DNA from: Octopus sinensis
Taxonomy: Eukaryota
Assembly (NCBI RefSeq): GCF_006345805.1
Contig: NC_043000.1
Span: forward strand, 18,476,001 to 18,540,000
Reading direction: 5' to 3'
DNA: 64,000 nt
The position numbers and the translations under genes were made by a program. The notes under the pieces are model-generated. The model was not told the DNA's origin. It did not search any database and was given only the letters and a program-made list of their open reading frames with translations. Shown one piece after another: positions 23,519 through 36,889 of the stretch; the stretch's first letter is position 1; each line of letters starts with the position of its first letter.

Positions 23519-24552
23519 TACAAGGTGGCAAGCTGGCAGAATCGTTAGTACCCCGGGCGAAATGCTTAGCCGTATTTCGTCTGCCGTTACGTTCTGAGTT
23601 CAAATTCCGCCGAGGTCGACTTTGCCTTTCATCCTTTCGGGGTCGATAAATTAAATACCAGTTGCGCACTGGGGTCGATATAATCGACTTAATCCGTTTC
23701 TCTGTCCTTGTTTGTCCTCTCTGTGTTTAGCTCCTTGTGGGTGGTAAAGAAATAGGTATTTCGTCTGCTGCTAAGTTCTGAGTTCAAATTCCGCCGAGGT
23801 CCACTTTGCCTTTCATGGTTGATAAATTAAGTACCAGTTGCGCACTGGGATCGAAGTAATTGACTTAATCCCTTTGTCTGTCCTTGTTTCTCCTCTCTAT
23901 GTTTGTCCCCTTGTGGTCAATAAAGAAATAAGAAACGTTAGCAGGCCGGGCGAAATGCCTAGCAGTATTTCGTCTGCCTTTACGTTCTGAGTTAAAATTC
24001 CACCGAGGTTGACTTTGCTTTTCATCCTTTCGGGGTCGATAAATTAAGTACCAGTTGCGTATTGGAGCCGATCTAATCGATTGGCCCCCTCCCCCAAAAT
24101 TTCGGGCCTTGTGCTTAGAGTAATAAAGACTATATTATGTATACAAGGTGGCAAGTTTGTCCCCTCTGTGTTTAGCCCCCTTGTGGGTAGTAAAGAAATA
24201 GGTATTTCGTCTGCCGTTACATTCTGAGTTCAAATTCTGCGAGGTCGACTTTGCCTTTCATCCTTTCGGGGTCGATAAATTAAATACCAGTTACGCACTG
24301 GGGTCGATATAATTGACTTAATCCGTTTGTCTGTCCTTGTTTGTCTCCTCTGTGTTTAGCCCCTTGTGGGTAGTAAAGAATAAGATATTTCGTCTGTCTT
24401 TATGTTCTGAGTTCAAATTCTGCCACGGTCGACTTTGCCTTTCATCCTTTCGGGGTCGATAAATTAAGTACCAGTTGTGTACTGGAGTCGATCTAATTGA
24501 CTGGCCCCTCCCCCAAAATTTCGAGTCTTGTGTCTAGAGTAGAAAAGAATAT
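23519..24552 (+). mobile_element. Tandem array of about 5 SINE family C units with two tail types
   Basis: Core GAGGTCGACTTTGCCTTTCATCCTTTCGGGGTCGATAAATT repeated about every 170-240 nt. Confidence 0.88.
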
Positions 24553-24584
24553 ATTACATGTACACATGCACACACACACTGCCA

Positions 24585-24716
24585 TGACACTGCATCCTTT
24601 AAGGCCCTCATGCTTCCCGAAATCCGTCGAAACTACACCTGATTATATATACACTTTAGATGAGTTGTAGTGCACCTGAGCACTGTACACAATTATTATT
24701 ATTATTATTATTATTA
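24585..24716 (+). mobile_element. Short 3' end related to the 26955-27428 LINE
   Basis: Shares gtgcacctgagcactgta and the (ATT)n tail. Confidence 0.7.
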
Positions 24717-24722
24717 TACACG

Positions 24723-24772
24723 CATGACGATGTAGTCCCACATACACATACAGGTGGGACTACATCGTCATG
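24723..24772. repeat. Hairpin with a 19-bp perfect stem
   Basis: CATGACGATGTAGTCCCAC-12 nt-GTGGGACTACATCGTCATG. Confidence 0.9.
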
Positions 24773-25169
24773 TCTCCTTCCTTATTTAAGGCAGAAAGAT
24801 GTGAATGGAGGGACATTTGGCTGCTATTTCTAGCAGGTGATATGACCACATAGCAGCCAGCCATCATTGGCTCTAAATAAAGTTTATTGTTGACCACCTT
24901 TATTGAACATACCTATGATGAAAAGATTCCAGTCATAGCCACTCTGTTTTTTGTATGTTAGTAACTACCTTGGGTAAGATTGTTTAACTTAGATGGTAGG
25001 GTGTAAATTAAGGGAGATTCAGCTACTATTTCCAGCATATCGACTGACCTGTATGAAGCACCTGTATGTCTCTTCTATTTTTTAATTATTATAAATCTTC
25101 CACTGTGGAAGGAGCCAGTTTCCAACAAAGATACAAGGTTCCATCTTTGGGATATACTTAACAGACAAA

Positions 25170-25985
25170 TTCACATTTGGAACATGAGAAAAGTCTTGCA
25201 TATTTTTACTGTTCCACTAACATGTTTTCCTGAACCTACCTCTACCATAGGTTCCCACAACAGTTAGGGATTAGCACTTCTTTACGCAGCTGTCCTCATT
25301 CATATGCATCACAAGATCATACCAACACATTTGTCTCTTGCACACCACATCTGATGCCTCTAATGCCTAACTTTTCTCTCAAGATGCTTACACACTGTTG
25401 AACATGCACACTGACATTGCACATCCAGTGAAGCATATTGGCTTAATTTCTTTCAAGCCAACGCATGTCCTTGGCTATCACAGCCCATGTTTCACTGCCG
25501 TGTACACAGGCATCATACAATCTGACTTTCACTCTGAAAGAGAGGCTCTTTGTTGCTAGCAAATGCAGAAACTCTCTAAACTTTGCCCAGCCTAATCTTA
25601 TTCTGACAGTTATGCTCTCAGAGTATCCACCTCTACTACTGACTTGATCACCTAGGTAACAGAAGCTATCTACCTACTTCTAGCTTATCCCCATGGCAGT
25701 TGATGGAGTCTGTTTACTGTACATTTTTGGTGATTATTGTACCTGTACATCTACCACACACAAAGGCTATTTTCCCTGTTAACCTTCCTCTGATATTGCT
25801 GCACCTATTATGTGTCCAAAGCTTACACCAAGTGTATCTTACAGAGTTACTACTTACACCTTTTCCACAGATTGAGCAGAGCCATCTACCTGAAGGGACT
25901 TGTGATTTGTCTGCCTTCCTACTTACTACGACTTTGGTTTTTGCTACATTAGCTCTAATGCCCTTTGATTCTAGACCTTGATTTC
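25170..25985 (-). mobile_element. Decayed RTE RT fragment
   Basis: Nucleotide similarity to 1200-1900 (e.g. cagattgagcagagccatctacctgaaggg). Confidence 0.7.
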
Positions 25986-26496
25986 ATAAGGAAAATAAAC
26001 ATAGAACAATGATCTGAAAACAAGATCATTTAGATATTAAAGGGAAATGTAAGAGTAGATGAATTGATAAAAGAGAGAGAAAGCACTATAAGAAATAAAA
26101 GACTCAGATTACATTCTAAATGTCCTCAAGTTATATCATTCAGTGAAAGTACAATTAGATAAGTGGGAGTTATAGTAATGGAAACAATCAAGATAATCCA
26201 TCAAACTTTAACCTTCCACTCTCTCAGCCAGATCTACCAACATATAAAACATATCACATACAAATGTGAATTTTTAATTATTTTCTGAGATTTTACAAAA
26301 ACAACAAAAATTTTTTTTAATTATTAACCAAGAATTAACTGGCTTCAAATTAACCAAGAATTCTTTTAATTTGTATTTTATCACGAACAGATCATATGGG
26401 ATCACCTTCATTTTCTTGAGGAGAATATTCAGAAACCCTACAGCATTATTTGTTCTAATGTAAAAATTACTAGTCTGAGAGAAGAGGACATCTTAA

Positions 26497-26718
26497 CCCT
26501 TTCATTACTGTATTTATTTTCAGATGCTCTGTGTTTCCTTCAATTATTTTAAGTATAACAAAGTATTTAGTAAAATAACTAAGTTATAATTAAGCTAGTG
26601 TCAGGAACATAAATTGTGACTAAAGGTTTGGTGGAAGATTTTAATTCAGAACTTTTAAAAACAAGACATTTGTACTGCAAAGCCAGAGCCAGTTTCAGCT
26701 GGGTTGGTAACAAAAGAG
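26497..26718. mobile_element. piggyBac-type MITE family F (uninterrupted copy)
   Basis: Homologous to the 14153-14595 flanks; related partial copies at about 7678-7880, 13390-13590 and 36630-36850. Confidence 0.8.
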
Positions 26719-26954
26719 TTAAACTGGCTTTAAAATGACTAGAAAGGTTACAGATGCAATTTGTTTTCAAAGATCCATCAAATTTCAGTTAATGGAGACT
26801 ACAAAAAAGTTTACCACTAGAAATATTTAACTGTTCTTTTGCTGTACTTCTTCCTTTTTGGTTTTTGCTTCTTATGTAAAAGGTATTATACACTTTTCTC
26901 AGTCTGTTATGGTTTACCAGCTTTAAATCGGTTAAACAAGTATATAAATGATAT

Positions 26955-27428
26955 AGTGATGTCTACTTCCCTGGGCATGGACACATTGAAACTCCGACGT
27001 CTGGCAGCTGACTTGGCAGACACCCATAAAATTATCAACCATCGTACAAACAATAACTCTGAGCACCTTTTCAAACTCCACCCATCTAACACCCGTGGAC
27101 ATATTTACAAAGTCAGAAAACAGCACAGCTCCCATGACTTCAGGAAACATTTTTTCACGCTGAGAGTTGCTGAAGCATGGAACAAACTGCCGGCATCAGT
27201 TGTTAGTTGTCAGAGCACTGCATCCTTCAAAACTTCCATGCTTCCTGAGATTCGCCAACACTACACTTGATTTTCTCCCCTCCATACACACACAAGCATG
27301 TATCTGACTCATACATTGTTCACTTTCCAGACATTTTTACGTTACTGCATGTACTTTATATGCACTTTCTGACAAGTTGTGGTGCACCTGAGCACTGTAT
27401 ACAATAATTTCATTATTATTATTATTAT
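26955..27428 (+). mobile_element. 5'-truncated CR1/L2-like LINE 3' end with (ATT)n tail
   Basis: LKLRRLAADL...TRGHIYKV...FFTLRVAEAWNKLP motif. Confidence 0.88.
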
Positions 27429-27605
27429 CTTCCATGAAGAAAAACAATTAAACAGCAATAACTCTCTCTGTCTCCTCTTCTCTTAGATTTTCTATTTTAT
27501 TCCTTCTGTGCGATATATGCTGATCAGAGAGAATGTGATATGTGGTGGGAAGGACTAGCTACCAAACCTGTGAGTCTCAGGACATCTGTTTTTCATATTT
27601 TGTAT

Positions 27606-28017
27606 TCTCTCTTTACTCTTTTACTTGTTTCAGTCATTTGACTGCAGCCATGCTGGAGCACCGCCTTTAGTCGAGCAAATCGACCCCGGGACTTATTCTT
27701 TGTAAGCTCAGTACTTATTCTATCGGTCTCTTTTGCCGAACCGCTAAGTGACGGGGACGTAAACACATCAGCATCGGTTGTCAAGCAATGCTAGGGGGAC
27801 AAACACAGACATACAAACACACACACATACATACATATATATATACAAATATACGACGGGCTTCTTTCAGTTTCCATCTACCAAATCCACTCACAAGGCT
27901 TTGGTCGGCCCGAGGCTATAGTAGAAGACACTTGCCCAAGGTGCTACGCAGTGGGACTGAACCCGGAACCATGTGGTTGGTATGCAAGCTACTTACCACA
28001 TAGCCACTCCTGCGACT
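27606..28017 (-). mobile_element. SINE family B
   Basis: Full-length. Confidence 0.9.
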
Positions 28018-28269
28018 ATTGGAAGTTTCTTTTCAGAACATTCCAATCTAAGAATTTCACACTCATGCTCTTCATTCTGTTGATTAGTTAACATCTTGCT
28101 GTTAATTATAACACACATATCTAACATTCCAACACAAATGACACTACATGACAATCATTAAAATACAGAACACAGGCATTGTCTATATAGAACGAAGACA
28201 CCTCATGACAGAGTTGCACTGCTTTCTTGAACAGCAAACTATTAAAAGAATCCGCAAATGGAGAGATAA

Positions 28270-28500
28270 TCAGAATGTAACGGCAGACGAAATACCTATT
28301 TCTTTACTACCCACAAGGGGCTAAACACAGAGAGGACAAACGGATTAAGTCGATTATATACGAAATACTGCTACACATTTCGCCTGGTGTGCTAACGTTT
28401 CTGCCAGCTTGCCACCTTGTATACATAATATATTCTTTATTACTCTAGGCACAAGGCCCGAAATTTTTGGAGAGGGGGCCAGTCGATTAGATCGACTAAT
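28270..28500 (-). mobile_element. SINE family C tail-to-head dimer remnant
   Basis: Same junction as 24110-24155. Confidence 0.75.
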
Positions 28501-28747
28501 CTTCTTTAATGACCCAAGACAAAATCACTATATATATCAAGAATACAATTTGCACTAAATTTTTCTTACACATGAATAATACATAAAGGTGAAAGGCATG
28601 AGATTTTTCAGGTTCAATCCATAGTCTACAATAAAGTACTGTTCTCATATGCAATATTGCGTTCACATTACACATCTAAACACCTTTACCTGTCTTTAAA
28701 ACAAAAAGCCAGCCACCTGATTAGCAAACCTTTACTCACCAGCATAT

Positions 28748-29114
28748 TCTTTTATTTGTTTCAGTCATTTGACTGTGGCCATGCTGGAGCACCATCTTTA
28801 CTTGAAAAAATCAACTCCAGGACTTAATTCTTTATAAACCTAGTACTTATTCTATCAGTCTCATTTGCCAAAAAGCTAAGTTACTGGGATGTAAACACAC
28901 CAACATCAGTTGTCAAGCGATGATGGGGGACAAACAGACACACACATATACAACGGGCTTCTTTCAGTTTCCGTCTACCAAATCTACTCACAAGGTTTTG
29001 GTCGGCCCGAGGCTATAGTAGAAGGCACTTGACCAAGGTGCCATACAGTGGGACTGAATCCGGAACCATCTGATTGATAAGCAAGCTATTTACCACACAG
29101 CCACTTTTGTGCCT
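28748..29114 (-). mobile_element. SINE family B
   Basis: Diverged full-length; head-to-head with 29334-29735. Confidence 0.88.
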
Positions 29115-29333
29115 GTAATGAACATGAGTTTGCAGATGTTGTGCCTCTCCCCTGTGTCATTTCTAGTATAGTAGCTGCTTTTGGTTCTCTGAACTAGCAG
29201 GCATGGCTATGCGATTAAGACATTTACCTTGCAACTACAGGGATTCCCTGACTTGCGTGAACCAACTTTTGATACCGAGTGTTCAAGTTGCGCGAGTTGT
29301 ATTCTCGACTTGCGCTTGTTGTAAAAATATTTA

Positions 29334-29735
29334 TAGGCGCAGGAGTGGCTGTGTGGTAAGTAGCTTGCTTACCAACCACATGGTTCTGGGTTCAGTCCCA
29401 CTGCGTAGCACCTTGGGCAAGTGTCTTTATACTATAGCCCGGGGCCGACCAATGCCTAGTGAGTGGATTTGGTAGACGGAAACTGAAAGAAGCCTGTCAT
29501 ATATATATATGTGTGTGTATATGTTTGTGTGTCTGTGTTTGTCCCCTAGCATTGCTTGACAACCGATGCTGGTGTGTTTATGTCCCTGTCACTTAGCAGT
29601 TCCGCAAAAGAGACCGATAGAATAAGCACTGGGCTTATAAAGAATAAGTCCCGGGGTCGATTTGCTTGACTAAAGGCGGTGCTCCAGCATGGCCGCAGTC
29701 AAATGACTGAAACAAGTAAAAGAGTAAAAGAGAGA
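29334..29735 (+). mobile_element. SINE family B
   Basis: Full-length; truncates the MITE at 29238. Confidence 0.9.
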
Positions 29736-30457
29736 GAGAGAGTATCCATGGTTGCATTGCCTTGTCTGTTATCTTGTTATCTATCCATCATTTCAAATAT
29801 ACAGAAAGTAAAAATAATTGTGTTTGAGTAATTGATAATATGTTAGTTAAAGTTAATTTTCATTGTTTTATTTATTATTTAGCTTTACATTAAACTCTAC
29901 TTTTATTTGCTGTGTATTTTTCTATTTTCTGTTTATAATCATTAAACAATTTGTAACTTTCTCATTGATTGTTAAAAAGCAAAAATCTTTAAAATATTCT
30001 TTGAAAACTTGCCTATTGTAAGTTTTCAAAATACTTTTTGAAAACTTGCCTATTGTCAAACTACAAAATTCCAATAATTCTTACTATTGTTATATTATTA
30101 AACTATAACATTAAGTGTACTAGTTAGTGGTTTATGTTTCATAACAATAACTTTATAGAGACATTTAATTCATAAAATTAATGTCAAACTAAAAATAATA
30201 ATAATTGTGAAGCTGTAAAAATTGCACAGCAATATGAAAATGACTATATTAGTAAAAATCATCCCATCCAGGCTGAAAAATGAATGTAAAACAACAAATA
30301 ATTTTTCAGAAGAAAAATAAAAAATAAAATTAAAAAAGACAATGATTTGACAAGAATATAATAATTTACTGGCAACAGTTAAAATATTGTTTTTAACACT
30401 GCAATTATTTTAATCTACAACAGAAAGAAAAATGAAATAATTCACAGATGCTTTTGA

Positions 30458-30592
30458 TCAAGAGGGGGTATTTTCCTGAGATGGCTGTGTTTCAAGATGG
30501 TTGAATACATCTCTGTTGATGTAGGGTTGCAGTAAAGTGTGCAAATATTTCAGCTGTCGAGATTTGGAGTATTGTAGCATGGCATAATGGAC
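30458..30592 (-). CDS. FASTKD3: FASTKD terminal coding exon (VHYAMLQYSKSRQLKYLHTLLQPY...ENTPS*)
   Basis: Strong acceptor ttctttttctactctAG, phase 0, completes the RAP domain; AATAAA near 29867-29876. Total CDS 1938 nt = 645 aa + stop. Confidence 0.85.
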   Translation of the reverse strand, partial: VHYAMLQYSKSRQLKYLHTLLQPYINRDVFNHLETQPSQENTPS

Positions 30593-31109
30593 CTAGAGTA
30601 GAAAAAGAAATGAAAATCAATAAAACTGCAAATTTCAGTTTCTGTTTTCAGTTAATTCACAATCAAGGTTTTTAGAAAAAGCACGAAGACCACAATTTCT
30701 CTGCCTATGTAACTCAGAATTAGAGATAATATCATAAAGAAATAAATATAAATATATTAAGGTGATGAGCAGCATTTTGTCCATTTTTGCATTCTCAGTT
30801 CAAATTCTGTCAAGGTTGACTTTGCCTTCCATCATTTCAGGGTCAATAAAATAAGCACCAGTCAAGTAAGTGACTTACCCCTACTCACCTCACAAAAAAA
30901 GCTGCTGGCTCTGTGCCAAAATTTAAAATCATTTATTACTTTTACTATTAGCTGTTTAGTATTTAAACCAGCTATCTCCAGCTGAAATATTCTCGGTTTT
31001 GTGTTCAAAATGGCCAGATCCGGCCTTTCACACTTATCCTACAATGTCATTAAAAAAATAATAAACAATCACATCAGAATCTCAAAGCTATAAGATGATA
31101 AATGATAAA

Positions 31110-31406
31110 TCTTTATATATAAAAGTCAAGTTGTGTGTCTGTCTCCTACGATTTAGATTCCTAACTACTCCCACATTTTGTGGTGCAGTAACCAAAAGCA
31201 GGTATCTTATAGTCGTGATTCATATCGAGCCCTTCTGGGTATTAGCGCGCGTCTATGATGAGTCTACGATTTTAAAATAAATTTACCATCATTTTTTCCC
31301 ATTTTTAATGCATTTTTTTGATATTATATAAGGGAAGTAACTCTCTAAAAATGCTTATATAATTATTTCCCTTACAAACCCGAGCAACGCCGGGTGATAC
31401 TGCTAG
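31110..31406 (+). mobile_element. Non-autonomous Helitron-like element
   Basis: A|TC 5' end (TCTTTATATATAAAAG), 3' hairpin ACCCGAGCAACGCCGGGT, then CTAG|T. Confidence 0.8.
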
Positions 31407-31566
31407 TTAAAAATAAGAAACTCTGCCATACCAAGATTGGAGCCTGGTGCAGCCATCTGGTTCACCAGTCCTCAGTCAAATCATCCAACCCATGCTAACA
31501 TGGAAAGCGGACGTTAAACAATGATGATGAATGTGAATAAATAAGCATTACATTTGACAGAGTAAT

Positions 31567-31982
31567 CTATTTCTTTACTACCCACAAGGGGTTAAACACA
31601 GAGAGGACAAACAAGGACAGACAAACGGATTAAGTCGATTATATCAATCCCAGTGCGTAACTGGTACTTATTTAATCGACCCCGAAAGGATGAAAGGCAA
31701 AGTCGACCTCGGCGAAATTTGAACTCAGAACGTAAAGACAGATGAAATACCTATTTCTTTACTACCCACAAGGGGCTAAACACAGAGTGGACAAACAAGG
31801 ACAGACAAATAGATTAAGTTGATTATATCGACCCCAGTGCGTAACTGGTACTTATTTAATCGACCCCGAAAGGATGAAAGGCAAAGTCGACCTCGGCGAA
31901 ATTTGAGCTCAGAATGTAGCGGCAGACGAAATAACGCTAAGCATTTCACCCGGCATGCTAACGATTCTACCAGCTCGCCGCT
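31567..31982 (-). mobile_element. Two tandem SINE family C units
   Basis: Core repeated at about 31680 and 31860. Confidence 0.85.
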
Positions 31983-32146
31983 TTGCCAGAGTAATCTGAA
32001 TGCTAAAGGGTTAAGGTGGTGAGCTGGCAGACACATTAGCATTTCCAAAATAAGCGCTTAGCAGTATCTCTTCCAGCTTCATGTTCCAAGGTCAACTTTG
32101 CCTTTCGTCCTTTCAGAGTTGATAAAATAAATACCAGTTTGGAACA

Positions 32147-32520
32147 GTGTGGTAAGTAGCTTGCTAACCAACCACATGGTTCCGGGTTCAGTCCCGCTGC
32201 GTGGCATCTTGGGCAAGTGTCTTCTGCTATAGCCCCGGGCCAACCAATGCCTTGTGAGATGATTTGGTAGACGAAAACTGAAAGAAGCCTGTCATATATA
32301 TGTGTATGTGTGTGTGTTTGTCCCCCTAGCATTGCTTGACAACCGATGCTGGTGTGTTTACGTCCCCGTCACTTAGCGGTTCAACAAAAGAGACCGATAG
32401 AATAAGTACTGGGCTTACAAAGAATAAGTCCCGGGGTCGATTTGCTCGACTAAAGGCGGTGCTCCAGCATGGCCGCAGTCAAATGACTGAAACAAGTAAA
32501 AGAGTAAAGAGTAAAGAGTA
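32147..32520 (+). mobile_element. SINE family B (slightly 5'-truncated)
   Basis: Match to family. Confidence 0.88.
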
Positions 32521-32809
32521 ATCAAGTATAATAGCCCTCTCCACAAAAGTTTCAGGCCTTGTGTGGTGTATAGTAGAAAGGATTATTATCATCAGTACAA
32601 GCTGGCAGAATCATTAGCATGCTGGACAAAATGCTTAGCAGCATTTCACCCATCTTTACATTCTGAGTTCAAATGCCACTAAGGTCAACTTTGATTTTCA
32701 TCCTTTTGGAGGGGTCAATAAATTAAGTACCAGTCAAGTACTGGAGTCAATGTGATCAACTTTCCCCACCCCCCTAAAATTTCAGGCCCTGTGCCCTAAG
32801 GAGAAAGGA

Positions 32810-33153
32810 TTATTACCACCGCCTTAATGAAGGCGGAGATACTGTTTCAGTTGTATTTCTCAAGAACCACTGGATGGATTCAGATTAAACTTTCAGGGAT
32901 GTTTGGCCTTATCACTGGCAGGAACTGATTAGATTTTGGGACTGATCTGGTACCAGACAAGGATTCTGGATTCTTTTTCCTTTTTTTTTTTTTTCACTTA
33001 ATTTTTGAGAGCGGTCAGGTTCATTTTTAGTATTCCCGTTTGTGAGAGCAGTCAACTTTATTTCATATATTCTCATTTTAAAAATCATCTCCAGCTAATC
33101 TTTGAGAGGACATTGGTGTTGTCTTGGCAGAGGTTTGCGCTCTCTGAGTGCTC

Positions 33154-33158
<5 letters not shown>
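32810..33158 (+). mobile_element. Helentron-associated (HINE-like) non-autonomous element
   Basis: 5' TTATTACCACCGCC with inverted partner GGCGGAGATA; 3' subTIR GGCAGAGGT and stem-loop GCGCTCTCTGAGTGC. Confidence 0.6.
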
Positions 33159-33185
<27 letters not shown>

Positions 33186-33198
33186 GTATATTTATATG

Positions 33199-33357
33199 CA
33201 ACCACGGAGTGGTTGCCGTTAGGAAGGGCATCCAGCCGTAGAAACACTGCCAGATCTGACTGGGCCTGATGAAGCCTTCCAGCTTCACAGACCCCAGTTG
33301 AACCGTCCAACCCATGCTAGCATGGAAAACGGACGCTAAATGATGATGATGATGATT
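33199..33357 (+). mobile_element. RTE 3' end (family A, short)
   Basis: Same core and tail; another short copy at 31428-31530. Confidence 0.85.
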
Positions 33358-33929
33358 TATATCAGTTTCTCTGTTATTATGAAATGGCGAGATATATAAA
33401 GTTCTTTTGGATAAGGTTGAAAATATGATAATTCTCACAGTAACCATCCAGTCTTTCAGACATAGTTTCTGAAATATGACCTTCAATCGAATGTGATATG
33501 TTCTGAAAGAGATTTTGACTATTTCATTTACGTAAATGAAAACCTGTTGCCTAAACACACAAAATTTGAAAAGAATCCTTTAAAATTGTCAAAAGTTCCT
33601 TTTCCACGATTTTCTAACATGGATGGAATGTAAAATAAATAAAGAAAACAAAATAAATAAATTATAATCAGTTAAAGTAGAGGGAACCATACAATTAGGA
33701 AGGTAAATCCACCATTTGTATTCTGCTGAAGTGGCCACGACTGCATTTCCTAAATATAAAACTAAAGTTACCAAAATAGCTTTAAAAAAATCAATCAGTC
33801 TATCTAGATACCAGAACTATTACACAGAAAGCTGATCAACATTAAATAGGGCATGTTTCTAGACAAGCAGAAAAACAAATTATCTTCTCTGTTGTAACAG
33901 TTGATCAATGAAAATGATACACATCCCGC

Positions 33930-34303
33930 AGGCGCAGGAGTGGCTGTGTGGTAAGTAGCTTGCTTACCAACCACATGGTTCCGGGTTCAGTCCCACTGCG
34001 TGGCACCTTGGGCAAGTGACTTCTGCTATAGCCCCGGGCCGACCAATGCCTTGTGAGTGGATTTGGTAGACGGAAACTGAAAGAAGCCTGTCGTATATAT
34101 GTATATAAATATATATGTGTGCGTGTATGTTTGTGTTTGTCCCCCTAGCATTGCTTGACAACCGATGCTGGTGTGTTTATGTCCCCGTCACTTAGCGGTT
34201 TGGCAAAAGAGACCGATAGAATAAGTACTGGGGTTGAGTTGCTCGACTAAAGGCAGTGCTCCAGCATGGCCACAGTCAACTGACTGAAACAAGTAAAAGA
34301 GTA
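33930..34303 (+). mobile_element. SINE family B
   Basis: Match to family. Confidence 0.9.
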
Positions 34304-36217
34304 TCCCCATAGAACATAATGTAATATCATTCACTGACTGACCTTACAGTTGGGTCAATAAACTACTATTCTAACCACTAAACCAGTTTATTATATAGTT
34401 CTTATTACTATTGTATAAACTAGTAAAATCTTTGTTGTTGTTCAGCCTAGTGGCTGTAATCTGATGAGAGGGTGTCTCTAAAGCTCGTTAAATTAGTTTA
34501 GTTATTTGGTTATATTTTCAAAGGCATAATTATCACTCTTTAGTGTTATATTTAGGAAATGCAATCATTGCTATTTCAGCACAGGGCTAAAGCTGGTTCT
34601 ACCTACCTAATTATAGGTTTCCAATCAGCCTCACCAGGTTTATTCAATTACTTAATTATTTATTTTACTTAACCATTTTCTAAACCATGATCACCTGAAG
34701 AAAAACAGATCTCTTTTTATAATTTTGACGGAGCCAAGGAGCCTTTTCATATTTGGGTATTAGTAACCTTAAATTCCTAGCCACTTTAACATGTTCGAGC
34801 AGACTCTACTGCAATTTATCAGATGCAAGCTATGCGCCATTAACCAGCAAGAAGGAGATGTCCTCTTGGGGTTAAAAAATCACAATAGAGTCTGTTTGAA
34901 TGGACAGCCATGTTGAAGTGGCTACAAACATTCCTTGTCAGTACAACTACTGCGAGAGATTCTAGAACAAACATTTTTGTTTGTATTAATGTAATTTTTC
35001 AGTCATTTTCCTGTAAAACAATAAAAATGAAACGGGTCATATAAGTCAACGAGCAACCCCCCCCCCCCGTCCAACGGATGGTACTGAGTTGTCAAACATT
35101 TAAACCAAATTTTCTCGAAACAACTTGTCCAACCGTCCCATAGGCCTCCCCTTTGAGAAACACCGATTTAACCTAAGTTTGAGACACCAGCAAAAGAAGA
35201 AATAAAGATAGACTTTTTTCTTTTTCTATTCCAAAGAAAAACGATTTTATTGCGTGTACAAATGCACGTTCCCATGCCTTTATCGATTCTCACCTGGAAT
35301 CGATTTTTGTAATTTTTTCAAGACTTATACACGCCCTGATACCGTCGGTATCTACATATCAAATTTGAGCGCAATTGGATGGAGGATACTCAAGATCCTA
35401 GAAGACACACACACAGACAGACAGAACAGATTTTATATAAAGGATGATTAAAACCTGCTAGAATTAGCAACAAAATCTCATCTTACTATTGTTAGAAAGA
35501 GAAACATAACAGCATATTCAAGAAACTGTGTCTGAAAGAGAGGATAGGTACAGTGAGTACGACCACATTATTATCAATATCAGAAAGAACAGATCGCTTC
35601 AGCTCATAAAATATGTTATGTCTGTTTAGAGAACGATATGCCCACTCATATTACAGTCACTTAGGGTGTCAAGCTGGCACAATTGTTAGCACAACAGAAC
35701 AGGCAAAATACTTAGTGATATTCCATCTGTCTTTACAGTCTGAGTTCAAATTATACTGAGGTCAACTTGGCCTTTTGTCCTTTCGGGGTCAATAAAATAA
35801 GTACTAGCTGAGCACTGGGGGTTGATGTAATCAACTTATCCTCTCCCATGAAATTGCTGGCCTTGTGCTAAAATTGAAAAACATATTACAATCACTTGGC
35901 TCGGCAACAATCAACAAAGATTTTGCTAATGAGAACTACCTCATGAACTGGTTAGTAGTTAAGATACTAGTTTAATGACCTGAAATATAGGGTTAGTGAT
36001 TCCCTAAGTCAATTTAACCTTTTAGCATTCACACTATTCTGTCAAAAGTAATGCTTATTTCGCCACATTGCTTTGAATTAATTATGGCTTATCTTGTAGC
36101 CTTGAGATTTTGATGAGGTAACTGTTAATATTTAGAATAATACTGTAGGATTGGTGTGAGAGGCTACATTCAGCCAGATATGGCCAGCCTAAATGCTAAA
36201 GGGTTAAACCTAAAGAT

Positions 36218-36580
36218 CATCATCGTTTAACGTCCGTTTTCCGCGCTAGCACGGGTTGGACGGTTCAACCGGGGTCTGGGAAGCCAGGGGCTGCCCCAGG
36301 CTCCAGTCTGATCTGGCAGTGCTTCTACAGCTGGATGCCTTTCCTAACGCCAACCACTCCACGAGTGTAGTGGGTGCTTTTTACGTGCCAGGGGAGTCCG
36401 GCATCGGCCACGATCGGTTGGTGCTTTTAACGTGCCACCGACACGGAAGCCAACCAAGGCGGTGCTGGCATCAGCCACGTTCGGATGGTGCTTTTTATGT
36501 GCCACCGGCACTGGAGCCAGTCGAGGCGGCGCTGGCATCGGCCACGTTCGGATGGTGCTTTTTATGTGCCACCAGCACAA
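36218..36580 (-). mobile_element. RTE 3' end (family A)
   Basis: Same core and tail. Confidence 0.85.
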
Positions 36581-36889
36581 AGATATCAGAACAATTAATG
36601 AGAAGGCTGCTCAACATCAACTCTTTTGTTCCCATATTTCTGTTGAAACACACTGCCTTCGTTTCAATTAATTTTCAAAATAATGAAAATATTTAGTAAA
36701 ATAGTTTTGTCATTATTAAGCTGGGGTTTGGAACAAATTAATATAGAATTCTGGTGGAAGATTTTAATTTAGATCTCATTAAAACAGGAAGCTTGTGCCA
36801 TAGAACTAGAGGTGATCTTGGATAAGTTGTTATCAAAAGTATTAAATAAGTCATGTTTCTAAAAAGTTTCAATAATTGATACAAGTATA

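Noticed and set aside
33380-33560. Protein-like minus-strand frames in FASTKD intron 5
   Set aside because: No recognisable motif; phases and stops are not consistent with the gene model.
34441-34495. Hammerhead-like CTGATGA-GAG-ggtgt-CTC-TAAA
   Set aside because: The essential G12 is T, and no register gives a valid stem III plus NUH; at best a dead relic.
34999-35010. Strong acceptor giving an alternative FASTKD end (END*)
   Set aside because: Would truncate the RAP domain; the 30458-30592 exon fits the family better.
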